DNA from: Felis catus
Lineage: Eukaryota
Direction: 5' to 3'
Length of the DNA stretch: 64,000 nt
Assembly: GCF_018350175.1 (NCBI RefSeq)
Contig: NC_058368.1
Coordinates: 165,914,001 to 165,978,000 of the forward strand
Shown: piece after piece, positions 63,379 through 64,000 of the stretch
Layout: each line of letters starts with the position of its first letter
Position numbering within the stretch: position 1 is the stretch's first letter
The notes under the pieces: generated by a model
Told to the model about the DNA's origin: nothing
Databases searched by the model: none
The model's input: the letters and a program-made list of their open reading frames with translations, nothing else
Made by a program: the position numbers and the translations under genes

Positions 63379-63683
63379 GAGACTAGATCTTAAATGTTCT
63401 CATTGCAATAAAGAAATGGTACTATGTGACCCAATAGAGGTTTTAGCTAATACTATAGTGGTAATCATATCACAATATATAATGGTATCAATACAACAGA
63501 TTTTACACCTTAAGCACATGCAAAATTATATGTCAATTATGTCTCAAAAAAAGGAATCCCTGAGCCTTACAGTCAACTCCTATCAATTTACTTTTAATTA
63601 CTTCTTGAAGTAAGTATATGTTAATGACTCATTACTTCTAAATATAAATTATATTTACTCTTCACATAAAAGGTGAAGAAAAA

Positions 63684-64000
63684 AAGACAACAACTTGATC
63701 CAAAAATAAGACAAGTATCTTGGAAGATATGTCACCAAAGAAGATATACAGATGGCAAATAAACATATGAAAAGATGTTTCACATCATATGTCCTCAGTA
63801 AAATACAAATTAAAATAAAATGGTCTATTAGAATGGTCTATTAGACCACATCTATTAGAATGGTCAATATACAAAACACTGTGGACACCAAATGCTGGCA
63901 AGAATGTAGAACAATAGAACTCTCATTCGTGCTGGTGGGAATGCAAAATGGCACAGTCACTTTGGTAGACAGTTTGGTGGTTTCTTAGAAAACTAAACAC
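63684..64000 (+). mobile_element. Old L1 (L1MC/MD-like) ORF2, right part of the split element
   Basis: tcaccaaagaagatatacagatggcaaataaacatatgaaaagatg ... tggtgggaatgcaaaatgg continues from 46760-47001. Confidence 0.88.

Larger units (their letters stand above)
47003..63552 (+). mobile_element. Formerly full-length L1 (L1MA9/10-like), decayed and interrupted by nested insertions
   Basis: 5' end gggtgatgtcagcatcacgg; ORF1 remnants at about 48300-49600; endonuclease motif LNVNGL at 50111-50128; RT FAD motif near 53492; ORF2 end near 58500; 3'UTR split at 58728/63379 and ending tgtcaattatgtctcaaaaaaa. Confidence 0.9.

Noticed and set aside
35..63613. Short ORFs in the six-frame track as host genes
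   Set aside because: They map to SINEs (e.g. AQSLEPASDSVSPSLS), L1 remnants, microsatellites or AT-rich chance frames; no consistent exon chain or recognisable host protein.

Overview
AT-rich, repeat-dominated mammalian DNA, almost certainly from a felid: it carries about 20 tRNA-derived Can-SINEs, several near the feline SINEC_Fc consensus, and an L1_Fc-type 3' end. I find no supportable host protein-coding exon. Nearly all listed ORFs are SINE, L1, microsatellite or chance frames, so this is intronic or intergenic sequence. 1-46.6 kb is a mosaic of old L1, L2, MIR, LTR and DNA-transposon fragments, young SINEs with target-site duplications (TSDs), a tailless U2 snRNA retrocopy, and a few apparently repeat-free stretches that may be conserved non-coding elements. 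46.6-64 kb is one nested insertion complex: an old L1 is split by a formerly full-length L1MA9-like element, which itself contains a MER21-like LTR, a Tigger5/MER47 transposon, four SINEs, an internally deleted antisense L1 and a betaretrovirus-like (class II) ERV remnant. Most notable: (i) the ERV appears chimeric, with ~1 kb of class I/MER4-group-like 3' sequence between RNase H and integrase, and an env reduced to a Rec-like leader plus tail; (ii) a perfect 49-bp-arm palindrome belonging to a 145-bp self-templated insertion; (iii) a 33-nt U2 retrocopy with a 17-bp direct repeat; (iv) two candidate L1 3' transductions. Repeat subfamily names come from my recollection of consensus sequences, not from a search, and boundaries of old elements are approximate.
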